Shown here: in pieces, positions 19,701-31,900 of the stretch
How the letters are laid out: each line of letters starts with the position of its first letter
How positions within the stretch are numbered: the first letter of the stretch is position 1
Source: a virus
Taxonomy: Duplodnaviria; Caudoviricetes
IMG/VR virus record: IMGVR_UViG_3300017764_000003
Coordinates: 1 to 60,573 of that record
DNA length: 60,573 nt
Strand: one strand, 5' to 3'
Program-made: the position numbers and the translations under genes
Notes under the pieces: generated by a model
What the model was told of the DNA's origin: nothing
The model's database searches: none
Seen by the model: only the letters and a program-made list of their open reading frames with translations

Positions 19701-21817
19701 AATGAATCATTAACCCAAGAAGTTCCATTATATTTAAGAGTATCGTAATCAGAAGCAGAAGCTACACTAACGTCTACCATATTATCAAGCTCTGTTACAG
19801 AACCTGTAATAGTAATATCTATCTCTCCACTTCCTCCATCAGCAGCAGTAACACCATTACCAATGAATCTAAAAGATTTAAAATCACCTAATACAGTATT
19901 TTCATCTTTTATACTTACAGTTGGATCAGCAAATACTACACTACCAAGAGTATCATTTACCTTTAAAAACTTATTAGTATTATCAATACCATCATAAAGT
20001 CTTAAAGTATAATTGTTTGCACCTCCTGTAGCTACAAAGCTACCTGCTATATTATCTGCTGTGTTTGTTGCAGTTGCATCAGCTTTTATAACTTCTAAAT
20101 CTGATGTTCTAGTTCCTTGAACTCCTGCAGTAATAAACGAATCTACTCTTTCATCATCACTATAAAATATAAACGGAGCATTAGGTCTTTCTAAATAATT
20201 GTATCCAATTCCTGTACTACTTATTCTTAATGCGTATGCTGAAGAACCTATAGCAGGAGTTCCTGCTGTACCTGCTGTTCCATCATCTGAATAAGATAAT
20301 CCACTTGCAGTTGCTATAAAATATTCTGTATAAGTTCCTGATACTGTTCCTTTATAAACTCTATATGCTGTTGCATTAGGAATAGGTGTAATGCTAATAT
20401 CTGCAATATTACTTCCAATCCCATCAATAACAATAGATGTTTCATCAGAAACCATTGACTCTCCTCCATCATCTGCTATATAAGATACAGCATAATAGTA
20501 CGTATCTGCTGATAAAGTTGATGTTCCTAAAGAACCTGAAACTGAAGGAGCTGCAGGAGTTGGTGCTTCAATAGCAATTACCCCTGATGTGCCAATTTGT
20601 AATGCTTCATTAGTAATACCTTCTGATGCTATAGACAATGAACTTGCAAAGCTTTTAACAAAAGATGATACAACCCAAGAAGAACTACTATATCTTAATG
20701 TATCTCCTGAAGTACCTGAAGGTAATGCAGAAGATGAAAAGTCTTCATTAACCCATTCATCAGAAGCTAAGTCATATACTAGTACCTGATTATCTTGTAA
20801 TGAAGATATATTTACTTTATTGTTAAGAGAACTAACTCTACCTTTTACATCAACAGAAAAAGATCCAAGACCTAAGTCTAATGATCCTGCTGTAGTATGG
20901 TCTTCTAGTTTAGAACCTGTTACATTCCCATCAGTAATATGCCTTGTTAATATAATATCATCTATAAATCTAGTTCCATCTATATTATAAATGTTTCTAA
21001 TGTCTTGAGTGGCAGTAACATTAGATGCATCTGTTGTTAACTTATATAACTTTACACCTGATGCACTTGGCTCAACTGAACCTACTGCTACAGAAGTAAC
21101 TATGTATTGTCCTGAATCTACATTATAATAAACATAGTTATCACTACTTGCCTGTAAGGTTATAACCTCATCAGCCACTTTTTTATACTTACCACTAGAT
21201 ACATACTCACTATATCCGCTATTACTTTCTACTATACTTCCTGTTAACCCTGTAGTATAAGACCAATCTCCACCGTAGTAAACTAAATCTTTTATACCTT
21301 CTGTTCCCCAAGTTGTAGTACCAAGACCTGCTCCAAACCCAAAATCAATACCTTGTACTGAATCTATCTCTGTCGCATTAGAACAGATTTTAGCCATCAT
21401 ACCATCTATTAGATCCTTTAGTGTGCTAGACGTAGTATAAGTCCCTACACAGTTGCTATAAGCCCCTTGTGAGACAATATCTACTGTATTTAAATTACTA
21501 ATAGTTGTCTGAATAGACGTTATAGTTGTAGAATCAGCACAAATTTTATTAGTTACAGCTAAAAGAATATCATTTAAATCTCCTGAAGCAGTAATACAAG
21601 TCGCAAGCGTTCCGTTAAATTGAACATTTGAAGACAATGAATTAGAACTTGTTCCTATTACATTATCTATTTCTCTAACAACATCGTTTAAAGAACTTGT
21701 TCCAACTACAATGTTAGTTATATTTGTTAAAGTATCTCCATCGTAAAGTTTTATATCAGAACTTCTGAAATTTGATGAGGTACTTCCTGCTTGATTTATT
21801 GGGTTACAATTTTCCAT
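16757..21817 (-). CDS. Long tail fibre protein (1686 aa)
   Basis: Gly/Ser/Thr-rich; VDVKGRV, VEDTTPQLGG, NVGIG motifs; C-terminal QDGTGSR...W module. Confidence 0.85.
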   Translation of the reverse strand: MENCNPINQAGSTSSNFRSSDIKLYDGDTLTNITNIVVGTSSLNDVVREIDNVIGTSSNSLSSNVQFNGTLATCITASGDLNDILLAVTNKICADSTTITSIQTTISNLNTVDIVSQGAYSNCVGTYTTSSTLKDLIDGMMAKICSNATEIDSVQGIDFGFGAGLGTTTWGTEGIKDLVYYGGDWSYTTGLTGSIVESNSGYSEYVSSGKYKKVADEVITLQASSDNYVYYNVDSGQYIVTSVAVGSVEPSASGVKLYKLTTDASNVTATQDIRNIYNIDGTRFIDDIILTRHITDGNVTGSKLEDHTTAGSLDLGLGSFSVDVKGRVSSLNNKVNISSLQDNQVLVYDLASDEWVNEDFSSSALPSGTSGDTLRYSSSSWVVSSFVKSFASSLSIASEGITNEALQIGTSGVIAIEAPTPAAPSVSGSLGTSTLSADTYYYAVSYIADDGGESMVSDETSIVIDGIGSNIADISITPIPNATAYRVYKGTVSGTYTEYFIATASGLSYSDDGTAGTAGTPAIGSSAYALRISSTGIGYNYLERPNAPFIFYSDDERVDSFITAGVQGTRTSDLEVIKADATATNTADNIAGSFVATGGANNYTLRLYDGIDNTNKFLKVNDTLGSVVFADPTVSIKDENTVLGDFKSFRFIGNGVTAADGGSGEIDITITGSVTELDNMVDVSVASASDYDTLKYNGTSWVNDSFLQNTGSRIGIGSPATIDAKLHISAASDTVLKIENASGVIADIDASGVLTYAEQLKYTYTNSSASPLGVGKVLTSDADGNATWETLPSTGIDNIVEDTTPQLGGTLDANGNFIDMGSNTITDTKVGQWDTAYSWGDHSLAGYLTSFTETNDLTSAVTWANVPNANITESSVTQHEGALSITESQITDLGTYAKVGSYQSGYVSRWNATTNTLDKSIIQDDGTNVGIGTAPVATKKLTVGGSAVIEGSLNVESSSDGKVALVNTVGQDTSGSNYMNWNNSDGTRRGYVGFTSVSTFNINVQQAAEPSKIVLDADEITTGDTNFTWDGTKITVSSSDSDYTEIHNNYIKNVRQGNDSNLLLSTYGTAAVGSEIVSTKYRGTIASHSALINGDLISAHRIIGSIDSVGGVSTCALIEVRAAETFSSTAQGCYYTIDTNAIGETTPTERYKIDENGQHLFTGGVAVDGARVANTTVNINGTTEKGLYVKNDNATANHLFDYGIDANADAGAQLGSIGIRGSVGDTVSEGVGSSAMGVVGTAVIEDEVINPIGGYFHAKSDPSTGGSTIRNTYGIMAHPYSGSNVSGGIVGGGVFKQNIGGTPDKVYGIQTTQPIFSGSGGLANNGTYAAIQIDPSAIVPSGSHTQYGIYQEGTDDKNYFGGQIQLNHTAGTAGQFLKSTDAAGNAEWSAISGYAKVGSYTDGSLTKWNSTTDTLDESILEETSMGLQASKTYSAATITSQAFLLNATYGTPTSGNEFATLKTSVVPTAAMGSGTTTTAISSNVGGFYSVSEEVINSYRGYVKVNYDAENVYNISARQIKLAAGVSVTRSAQIFIGDTDIGSGATVTDQYGILQTSTDQNKFSGEIYTTKNIKLDGQIYNNSGMHNAGSGSSASFDMDDGNVQQWTMTSATTGVANPTNAKDGAVYAICFVQDGTGSRNVNAWGNQFNWGDAGVPDFSTGGANKKHYVTLIRNGSIFDAIYSGVIH

Positions 21818-21828
21818 TATTTAGTTTT

Positions 21829-22140
21829 TTAGCTACTGTAAAGTTGATTGTTACAAGGTAAACTATTGTTTAATCCTTTAAATACTTTTTGTGTTAAACA
21901 AGATAATTGACTAGCATTCAAAGTAGTAGCATCTGTACTATTATACATATCTATAATAAGATATCTAGATAGAACATTATCCCAATCATTACATTTCCCA
22001 ATACCAAATACATCAGACAACACTACGTCTGTCAAATCTTCTGCAATTAATTTTTTTATTTTCCTTTCATCTACATCTGTCAATACAGATACATTATAAG
22101 GATCTAATACGTGATCTATTATTCTTGACATTAACAACAA
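21829..22140 (-). CDS. Hypothetical virion-associated protein
   Basis: ORF in the tail fibre operon. Confidence 0.6.
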   Translation of the reverse strand: MLLMSRIIDHVLDPYNVSVLTDVDERKIKKLIAEDLTDVVLSDVFGIGKCNDWDNVLSRYLIIDMYNSTDATTLNASQLSCLTQKVFKGLNNSLPCNNQLYSS

Positions 22141-22877
22141 ATTTTATTGGCTGCGTTAGTTAGTATTTCTGCTTTGCTAAAATCTGAAGCTTGTGAAGCA
22201 TAAGAGATACCATCTAGTACCATTCTAAGCTTTGTAGCTTGTAAGAAATCTTTATTCTCACATAGATTGTTATCATTGCAAGCATCATCTACTATAACGC
22301 AATTCGCCTTATGAACTAATTCTTCGTAACACTTATGTAGCTTTCTACAGGTTAATGTAAATTTAGCTTCTGTTTTATATTTAGCACTAAGGTCTTCATC
22401 GGAAACTACTTCCCATTTTGTTGTGTCTGTTATTTGACCTGTTACAGTCTCTTTGTTTCTATATACTTTTCCTAAATAAAATACGTGCTTTTCATTACCT
22501 GAAGTATATACATACTCTACGGTATCATCATATGCAGGTATAGTAATTAATGTGGCAGTAAAAACTCCATCACCATCTTCTTCTGTTAATGTTTTAGTTA
22601 CCGTATGATTCCCACTATTAGCTGTACTCCATACTACATCACCATCATTATATAAAGAACTTCTGCCATCCCAAGAATAATCAGTTCCATTTGGACTTTT
22701 TAATATTATCTTTCTATATGAGTCGTTTTGAAAATGTCCTGCTAATATATGACCATCTTCTGTTGATGATGAATAATTAGATTTATCTTGAATAGTAACA
22801 ATTGAACATTCTGTATCTAATGTTACTGAAATACTATCAGTAGATGTGTTATATAGTGATGCTAAAAATATTGACAT
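22131..22877 (-). CDS. Hypothetical virion-associated protein
   Basis: ORF; Cys-rich C-terminus. Confidence 0.7.
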   Translation of the reverse strand: MSIFLASLYNTSTDSISVTLDTECSIVTIQDKSNYSSSTEDGHILAGHFQNDSYRKIILKSPNGTDYSWDGRSSLYNDGDVVWSTANSGNHTVTKTLTEEDGDGVFTATLITIPAYDDTVEYVYTSGNEKHVFYLGKVYRNKETVTGQITDTTKWEVVSDEDLSAKYKTEAKFTLTCRKLHKCYEELVHKANCVIVDDACNDNNLCENKDFLQATKLRMVLDGISYASQASDFSKAEILTNAANKICC

Positions 22878-22892
22878 AATAATTCTTTTTTA

Positions 22893-22900
22893 CAAATATA
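22893..22900 (-). promoter_or_regulatory. TATATTTG -7 promoter element for the tail fibre operon
   Basis: Matches TAnnTTTG ~15 nt upstream of the ATG; no clear -33. Confidence 0.55.
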
Positions 22901-22904
22901 AATA

Positions 22905-22978
22905 TTTCTTTCTTTTTTTCTTTATTTGTTTGTATTGCATATTGCAATGCACCTGATATGCAAGTGCATTGCAATTGA
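22905..22978 (-). repeat. TGCA-repeat block B plus AAAG tract
   Basis: 6 TGCA cores then an A-rich/AAAG tract on the minus strand. Confidence 0.75.
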
Positions 22979-22985
22979 TATTTTA

Positions 22986-25900
22986 CTATTCTCCTAATAG
23001 CATTTTTCTTAATTCTTTAATTAACTCTTCCTCTTTGTTTTTATTATCTAAGTCAGTAGTAAATTTTTTATTATTTTTTATGCTATCAATATTTTGCTTT
23101 ACATTCTCTGTTAAATTCGGTATATATTCAGGAGCATATAATCCTTCTTTTATTTGAGAAACTGTTGGTTTACTTGCTCCTTTTCTTTTTCTAAGAATAT
23201 CTTTAAACAATTCTTCGTCTTCCTTTAATACGTCAAGTACCCCTTGTTGAGTTTCAGTTCCTACTAAAAATGCTTGAAATTGATTTTCCATAAGATTTTT
23301 ATAGGCAAGATATACTAATGGATTAGTTGAAGCTAAAGAGTTTTTATCTTTCTTTAAGTCTAATAGCTCTTTCTCTTTTTCTCTTATGTATTCTCTTTGT
23401 GCTCTTTTTATTACAGACTTAACAGGAATTGAATTTTCTCTAGCAACTCTTAAAAAGTCTGCAAACCTGTGTGGATCTTTATCTTCAAATGATTCTTTAA
23501 ATCCTTTTATTACTTCAAACTCATTAGTTCCATTTTTAATTGGAGCAAAGAATGTTATAGCTCTATTTGTCCATGTTTCAGTAGGAGTATACTTTGGTTG
23601 AAATGCAGACCTTATTTGATTTTGTAAAAAGAAAGGAGTTGTACTTAACCCAAGTTCAGATATAATTCTTATTGCCTGATTACCAACATTATCATCTTGT
23701 AAGTCATACAAATCATATCCTGAAGGAGACATACCAAATAAAACTCTACTTACTGCTTGAGGTAAAGGAGAACTTTTGCTAAGTAATCTTCCTAAAGGAT
23801 TAAATATTAGTTCAGGCAATTCTTTCATTTGCTTTCCTAAGTGAACATAATCTGCTTTACCATCTTCAGGATTAACTCCTATAAATATTCCTAAACTATT
23901 TCTTCCTGTTAATAAATCAGGATCGTTTTTCCACATAGGTCTACCTGTCATTAACTTACCATAGAAGCTTAGTTTTTCAAACTCTTTTTGTTCTTCTTCA
24001 TCTTTTTCTCCGAACCAAGCAGTAGTTGCCATGTTAATTAAGTTCATAAACATATATTGTTTTAAGGCAACACTAGCCCAAAATCTATATCCTGCTTTTC
24101 TTACAAACTTATTAGCAAATTCATTATTTGATCCTACATCAATTCCTAATCTTTTAACATAGTCTCTAGCATTTCCACTTGGATCTAATGTTTGGAATAT
24201 TTTTGCTTCAGAAAATCCTGCAAATGGAGCTAATGCTTGCTTAGCAGTAGAAACAGTCCAATCAGGAGATAGTAAAACTAAAGATGCTAGTCTTAAAGTC
24301 TTTGGATTAACTGAAAGTAATTGCCAATTCTGCCCACCAAAAGTATTATCAACGTGTTTAGCAATTGCCCTACCTACAGCTTCTAAATCTGTTTTGTATT
24401 GGTTTACTGTTATCTTATCACTATCTAGTTTTTTACTTAAGTTTAATTCTGCATCAGCATATAATGCTTGGAATGCAACTAACTTATAGTTGTTATGCAT
24501 ATAGTCCCATAAGAAATCATCCCATCTATTAGTAATTTTTCTAACTCCTTTATCTTTTCTAAATGGATTTAAATTTGTTTTAAACGAACTATCCCAAGTA
24601 TATTCTAGTTCATCAAGAAGAGTTTCGTGAAGTTCTAAATGCTGATCAGGAGCAGACTTAACTTGTAGTCCATGTTTAATTGCTAACTCAGTATTTACAG
24701 ATTCGCTTTCTTTAAATATTAAAAAGTCATCTGTTTTAAATCCTGTAAACAATTTAAGTAAGTTAGCTCCATATTTAATTCCTCTAGTAAAAGAGTCAGG
24801 TGTAGATAACAATGTTTCTGTTAGTGCTAAATGGTGAAAAGCAGACATTGTTAAGTTTATTTTTTTAGTAAAGTTATTCCATCTTTCTAAAGCTAAAAAT
24901 ACTTTTTGCTTATACTCTAACTTAATATCATTTAAAGGATTAAGTAGTTCTAAAGCAGAAATTTCGTTTACTGATCTACCTGTTTCTTCCAAATATTTTT
25001 GCTCCCAATTAAATGTTTTAACACCTACAATTCCTTGAATCTGTTGATATACTTTAGGATGAACATAAATATACTTAGATACCCATTGACCTTTTTCTTC
25101 TTCTTTAAATAGATCTTTTTGTTTTTTGGTTTTATACATATCAAAGATGTGTGCCCTAAATCTAGGGTTATCTATTTTTTTATATGAAGGTGGTATGTTT
25201 CTACTTCCTTCAGTATATGCTAATTTAGCACCACTTTGATTTCCATCTACAGTTAGTTCTAATAAAGAGTTTGTGAAGTTTTTATTTTCAATAAAGTTAT
25301 TCGTTCCTTCACTATAAAGCTTCATTAATTTAGAGGCATCTAATGTAACAGGATCAAATCCCATTCCAATAGCTTCTTCATAGTTACCCCATTTATTACC
25401 TTTTGCATTTTGTGATAATGTATTATTAACAAACTTTTTAAAACTTTCTTGATTCTTATATTGTTCATCAAATTTTATGATCTTATAAAAATGAGGAAAG
25501 TAGCTTGCTGCTAAATCTACATTAGTAGAAAGCTGTTTGTTATTTTGCATATACTTACCAATAGCTTCTATTTCTGCTTTTACTAAAGGTTTAAATTTAT
25601 TTATTGCATCAGTAGGGTTATCAATTAAATATTGAACTTCATTTCTAAATTTTTCGTTTTTATCTACTGTTCCTTTTTTAAAGTTAGTTTTTGATGGCAC
25701 ACTTTTAGATCCATCTAAAATAAATGTTAAAGCATTTCTTTCTGCTTCAGTCATTTCTTCTGACATTCCTCTAGCTAATTTTTCTAACCTACGTCTTCTA
25801 ACTTCAATGTTTCCATATCTGCTATACATTAGTTTAGTTACTTCGTCTTTAGCTATTCTAAGAAGTCTCTTTTCAAAAACAGTTTTAGCACCACTATTTA

Positions 25901-28900
25901 GATTAAAAAACTTTGACCTAGAACCACTTGGCTCTGCTTCTGCTTTTAACATTCCTCTAATACCATTATAATTCGACATATCTTTTATGTCATTTAGTAT
26001 TTCATTTAAAGCATAAGTTATGTGTTCATATTTTTGTAATTCTTCTTTAGAGTATTTACCTTCTTTTACTGCTTCTTGTATTTTTGCTTGTTGATTATAC
26101 AAAGCAGTTAATGTTTGACTTAATGATAATTGTATATCTGCAATTGTTCCAATACTCTTATTATTTAAAATATCATTAATAACTTTTTGATATTGAATTT
26201 TAGAATCAGCTATTACATCAATGTACCCTGCCTTGCTTATTCTTTGAGCAGCAGGAACAATAACTTTATTAGTCAAGAAAGACATTGGTTTTATAAGACC
26301 TTTATAGATCTTAATTACTTTTTGTCTATTTATTTTTCCTTTTGCAACTTTATAAGCAGAGTTTGCAAGTGAATCTATAAGTTTTCCTAAACCTGATCCT
26401 ACTTCTTCAAATAACAATCCTGTTTGATTTACTGCCTCAGAGTAAACATTAAATGGATTAGCAAAAAACTTAGTAAGACTTCCGTATTTTTTAATTATTG
26501 CATTTTTATAAAACGGAATATTTCTAGCAGCATTTATAGCATGACCATACACCCATTGAGAAGCACCTGTAAACCATTTAGCAGATCCTTTTAATCCTCC
26601 TATTTGTGTTGAAGATCTACCTTCACTTATACCTTCTTTCATGTTTTTAATACCTTTCTCAATATAAGAAGATCCTTGATCAGGGCTAATGTTTCCTAAT
26701 GCTTTTTCTATAACTTCAGTTTGTTTTTGTAATTGAGCATCAGCAGTTTTAAAAGTTTTATTAAGAACTTTAATTAAATCTAATTTAGCTTTTTGAACAG
26801 CTTTATCTTCTACTTTAGCTAAAATTCTAGCAGAGTTTCTATTTCCTTTTGCTGCATTCCAATTGTCTTTAAATTCTCTAGAGTAATCTTTTTCTAGTTT
26901 AGCATGACTATTGATTCTATTTAAAATTGTTTTAACTGCTTCAACAAAGTCTCCTTCTATACCTTCTGTCCATGGATGATTAGCTTCTTTTAAAATTTTA
27001 GCAGCATCTATAGCAATACCAATATCAGTAGCAGATATCTCAGGAGCTTCTTCTTTTAATTTTTGAATCTCTTTTTCTAAAGCATCATTAGTCTTTTGTT
27101 CTTGCTTTTTAGTTTCTTCAACTTGTGTTTCTAATGCTTCAATTTTTTCAACTTGTTCTTTTTTTGCTGAAGCATCTGCTTGTAAAGCTTTTTTAGCACT
27201 TTCTAAAAACTTTCTAGTAGACTCATTAGTTTCGAATATTCCTTTTTCTTCTAATGATTCTATAAACTGTTCTTTGTCTTCGATCTTTTCTTCTATACCT
27301 AAGTAGTCTAATATAATAGACATTTGATCTATGTCTAGTTTTTGTTTCAGCTTTCTTAGATTAGTTTTTCTTTTTGCTTTATTAACCTGAGTTTCTTCAC
27401 CGTTGTTTATAGTATTAGATTCAACACTAATTCCATTAACAATTTCATCTACATTTTCTATGTAATCAATTGCAGTATTAGAAGTAGGCTCAGTAGTTTG
27501 TTCAGGAATATTGTTAGATTCATTTTCCTGAACTTCTTCTAGCTGTTGAGTTTTCTTTTGTGTTTCTGTTTTTTTATTAGTTTCTACTTTAGTTGGTCTT
27601 TTACTAACAGAACCATCTTTATTTAAAAGTACAGTAACTGAATACTCATACTCATACTCTTGTCCTTTACCATCAGTATCAACACCTTTATATGTGTACT
27701 TAATAGAGGATTTACTTCTTTTTACAGAGGATGGTTCAGCATTTGGTGTAAACTTAAACTTCTTAAATCCTTCTGCCATTTTAGCTAAGAAATCTGTAGT
27801 CTGTTCTATATCTGTAGTCTCATCTGATGTTTCTTCAGTTGTTGTTTCTTCTGCAACAGTAGTTTCTTTAGGAGCAGTTGTTTCTTCTGCAACAGTTTCT
27901 TTAACTACTCCAAGTTTGCTTTTTGGAACTTTATAAGCTTTAGTCATTGCCCTTGCAGTAGGAATATTAACTACAACTCCATTATCTAAAGTTAGTCTTG
28001 TCCAATTTCTTTTATTAGTTTTTACTTCATTAACAGAAACTACAGTTCTAGTCTCGGCATTATTAAGTAAGTCGTCAGTAAGAGTAATTTCTTGCCCAAC
28101 TAAATCTTGAATACTTTCAGTTTTAGCAGTAGTTTCTTTAGGAGCAGTAGGCTCTACCTTAGTTTCTGCTTTAGGCTGTGCTTTAGGTTTAGGAGCTGTT
28201 GGTTTAACGGCAAACTCACCTGCAACAGTTTCTTGTATTTCAGTTAAAGGAATATTACCTTCAGCAAATATATACTCAAAGTAACCATCTCCTTTTCCTT
28301 TTTTAATTTTTCTTGTAACAGTATATTCTTGTCCTTTTTTACCCTTAACTCTTTTCCCTGTTACTTTACCATCAGCAACATCCTCATCTAAAGTAATTAC
28401 AGATCCAACATCAATATCTCCCATGTTTCTAGACTTAACTTGTTTTTCGCTAAGTCTAAAATCACCATTCTTAATTTTACTTTCTTTTCTTTTTGCTTGA
28501 CTTAAGCTTTTTGCTTCTGCTTTTTTAGCATTAATTGATTCTTGAGTTTCAGAAATAATTTCTCTATCTCCTTTTTTAGTTACTTCATAGTTAGGATTAG
28601 CTTTTAGTATTTTACTTTTAGCCCCCATTAAAGCTTCTGTAATTGCTTTTTGTTCTTCTTTAGTAATAGATTCATTAAGATTGCTTTGCATACCTTGATT
28701 TATAAATCCATTTACTTTATCAAGATAATTTTGAAGAACTTCCTGAGACATATTTCCTGCCCCTAATGAATTGTTAAGTAACTTAAATGCTTTTCTTATA
28801 TCAGAGAAAATAGTTTCTTTATTTCCTTTTCCTTTCTTAAGCTTCTTCTTTTCTTTTTTTAATCTAGATCTAACCTCTTTAACTTTATTTTCAAAAGACT

Positions 28901-31900
28901 CTGTAGCTTCAACATATGAATCAGTTTTTTCTTCTACAGTCTCTTCTATAGTTTCTTCTACTTCTTGTATCTCTTCTGCTGTTGGTTCTGTTTCTTCTGT
29001 TACTTCTACTTCAGCTTCTACAGTTGGTGCAGGAAGATTTGCTCTAGATATATCTATAGTCTTTTTAATCTTAGCAGCATCTTCTTCAAATAACTTATCT
29101 AATTCTCCTTCTATTTCATTTGTAAGATTTGATGCTTCTTCAAACTTTTCTTCTGCAATAAGATCATCTACAATTTTAGTTTTACCTTGAAGCTCTTCAA
29201 ATGCAGCTTTCTTAATAGGCAATTGTTCTTGGAATGTAGCTTGTTCTTCTGCAGCATTTTTAGCTTCTGCAGCTTTATCAGCTTTTTTACTTTGCTCTCT
29301 GCTTAATCCTATTTTTTTAGATGCCTCTACTAACTGATCAATTGTAAAATCTCCTTTAGCTAGTTGATTAAATATAACAGTACCACCTACTTTACCATTA
29401 GATTTCTTTTTAAAACTTTCTTTAAGACCTAACAGGTTTTCTAATTCTGTAGCTTGTTCAATAGTAATATCATCTTTTGATAAACCTGTAAGTAGTCTAA
29501 TTATATTTCTTTGAGCTTTTCTTTTTCTAATTGTAGCTTCTTTTCCTTTAGTTTTATTTTTTACATCTTCTAAAGCTAATTTAACAGAACTAAGATCTTT
29601 ATTTTGAGAAGCAGTTAACTCCTCAGAAACAACTTCCCCTGCCTCTTCACTTTTCAAAGCTTCTGTAGGGGAGGAAGTCGCTTCATCGGTTACTTCTTTT
29701 TCTGCATCAACTTGTTCATCAGACTTACTTGTTGTTTCAGGTATTACTTCAGGAGATGTTTGTTCTTCTACAGGTGAATCTTCTATATCCTCAAATAAAC
29801 TTAATTGAGTCTTTTCAGCTTTATCTATATCTACTTCTGTTTCCTGATAAGAATCAAACTTAGGTGCAGGTATTGATCCTTGTGATCCTAAATGACTCTT
29901 ATAGTCAATTAAATATGATAATGTTTGTTCTATTTCTTTTCTTTCTTTTAATACTTCTTCTGAAGTTAAACTTCTTTGTACTCTTTGTTTTCTACCATTT
30001 CTTCCAAGAATAAACATAGACTCCTTGTAAGAATTATATAAGTATTCTATAGCAGCATCTAATGATATAGGATCAACAGGCTTACCATCTTTAGATCTAC
30101 TTATTGCTCTAGTAATTGATGGCAACATATCTGCCATAATAGGAATCTTAGGTAAAGAAAACTTACTAACCCTGTTATTAATAGCCTTATCAACTTTTGC
30201 TATGTCTTCTTGAGTGTCTTCAATTACATCTTCTGCATTCTGTTTAGCATATCCTTCTTTTATTAACTCAGAACCTTTAATAGTAACTACAGCTACACCT
30301 TGTTTATTTGTAGCAATACTTACCGCATTGTCTCTTAGTATTTTTGGAATCAACTTTTCATCAGCGTAAGTAATTTTTACTTGATCTTCTGCATTAATGT
30401 ATAACTCTCTTCTATCTGACTTAGATGTTATTTCTACTATCCCTGCCTCATCTTGAGATTTTAATTCTTCTTGTCTTTTAGATCTTACAATTTTAGTTTT
30501 ACCTTCTTGACTTCCTTCTAAAAATTCAGCTAGTTCTGTTTCTTGTTCTTGACTTAAAGACTCTTTAGCTTGTTCAATTGCTTTATCTACATGAGCAGCT
30601 ATCGCAGGATCTGTAATTTGATTTCTCATCAATATTGCAGACTTTATATGAAATAAACCTTCAAATGTACCTGCAAACGTAGCACTTATAATTGCTGTTA
30701 CTGCTGCTTTCTTTTCTGCTTCAGTTGATGTTTGTCCAAATGTTTGATCAAATGCTCTATCTATATCGTCAAATCCATGTCTTTTAACTTGGTTTACAAA
30801 TTCACCTGCATACTCTTGTGTGAATTCAGCAACTGTTTGTACTCCTGCTCTAGTACCTGATTTCAATAATGTATTTACTAGCTTACCATACTTTCCTGAA
30901 AACTTATTAGCAACATCTAAGTATTGCCATCCACCTTCAACAAATCCTTCACCAAATCCATGAGCAGCACCAACTGTACCTGATGGAGTTAAAGACCATT
31001 GTATAGATGTATTAATACCACTCTTACCTGCGGCATATAAAAACTCACCTGTCTTACCCCACTTGTATTTCATCATGTGCCTTACTAATCTTAAGGCTTT
31101 AACACTTCTTACAGATGCTGATGTTGCACCTGCTATTGGACTTCCTGCAACAGAAGTAAGTATAATCTCTGCCATGATTGGAATAGATGCTCCAATACCA
31201 CCTGCAACCATTGTACTAATATCTTCTTCTGCAATTTCTTTTTGTTCAGGGGTTAAATTAACTCCTGCATTAGATAATTCAGTATATAGTGTTTTTGAGA
31301 AATCATCATCAGTTATTGTTTTATATCCAAGCTGTTCTACTAAAGAGTTAGTCATAGTATTTACAAATCCACCTACACCCTCTCTAACCTTATCATCGAA
31401 TAAACCAATAGTAATACCTGCAGGATCTTCATTAGTTAACAATGCTCTATTTAATATGTCAAATCTTTTTCTTGATGCTTTGTAAGCATCAATTCTTTCA
31501 TCAAATATTGCATTATCTTTAGATCCAACTCTAATACCAACCTCACGAAAAGCAAACTTATCCATGTCTGATGCTGATCTTGAAACAACCATGTTTTGTA
31601 AAACACCTACTTTTTGCTCCATATAATCTCCAAGAGTAATAGTTACATTTCTCTTTTCATTATATAGTCCTTCGTAGTATTTAACATTTGATAAAGCATC
31701 TAAGTATAGTGTAGATAAAACATCTGTATCCATCTTTCTATACTCTATTGCTTCTGCATTTATATCATCATTATACTTTTTAGTTTCATCAGATGCATCT
31801 TCAGCAAAAACAAACTTACCTGTCTTAACATCAAATAACTCTCTAGGATTATCCTTTAATTTTCTAGCTTCTGTTTGCTTCTTAGCTATTTGTATACTTA

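Noticed and set aside
15374-21817. Diversity-generating retroelement acting on tail fibres
   Set aside because: No reverse transcriptase and no adenine-variant TR/VR pair seen
28771-31485. Plus-strand ORFs inside late genes (also 19359, 40931, 45020, 50144 and similar) and minus-strand ORFs inside early genes
   Set aside because: Ser/Phe/Leu-rich antisense shadows of real genes
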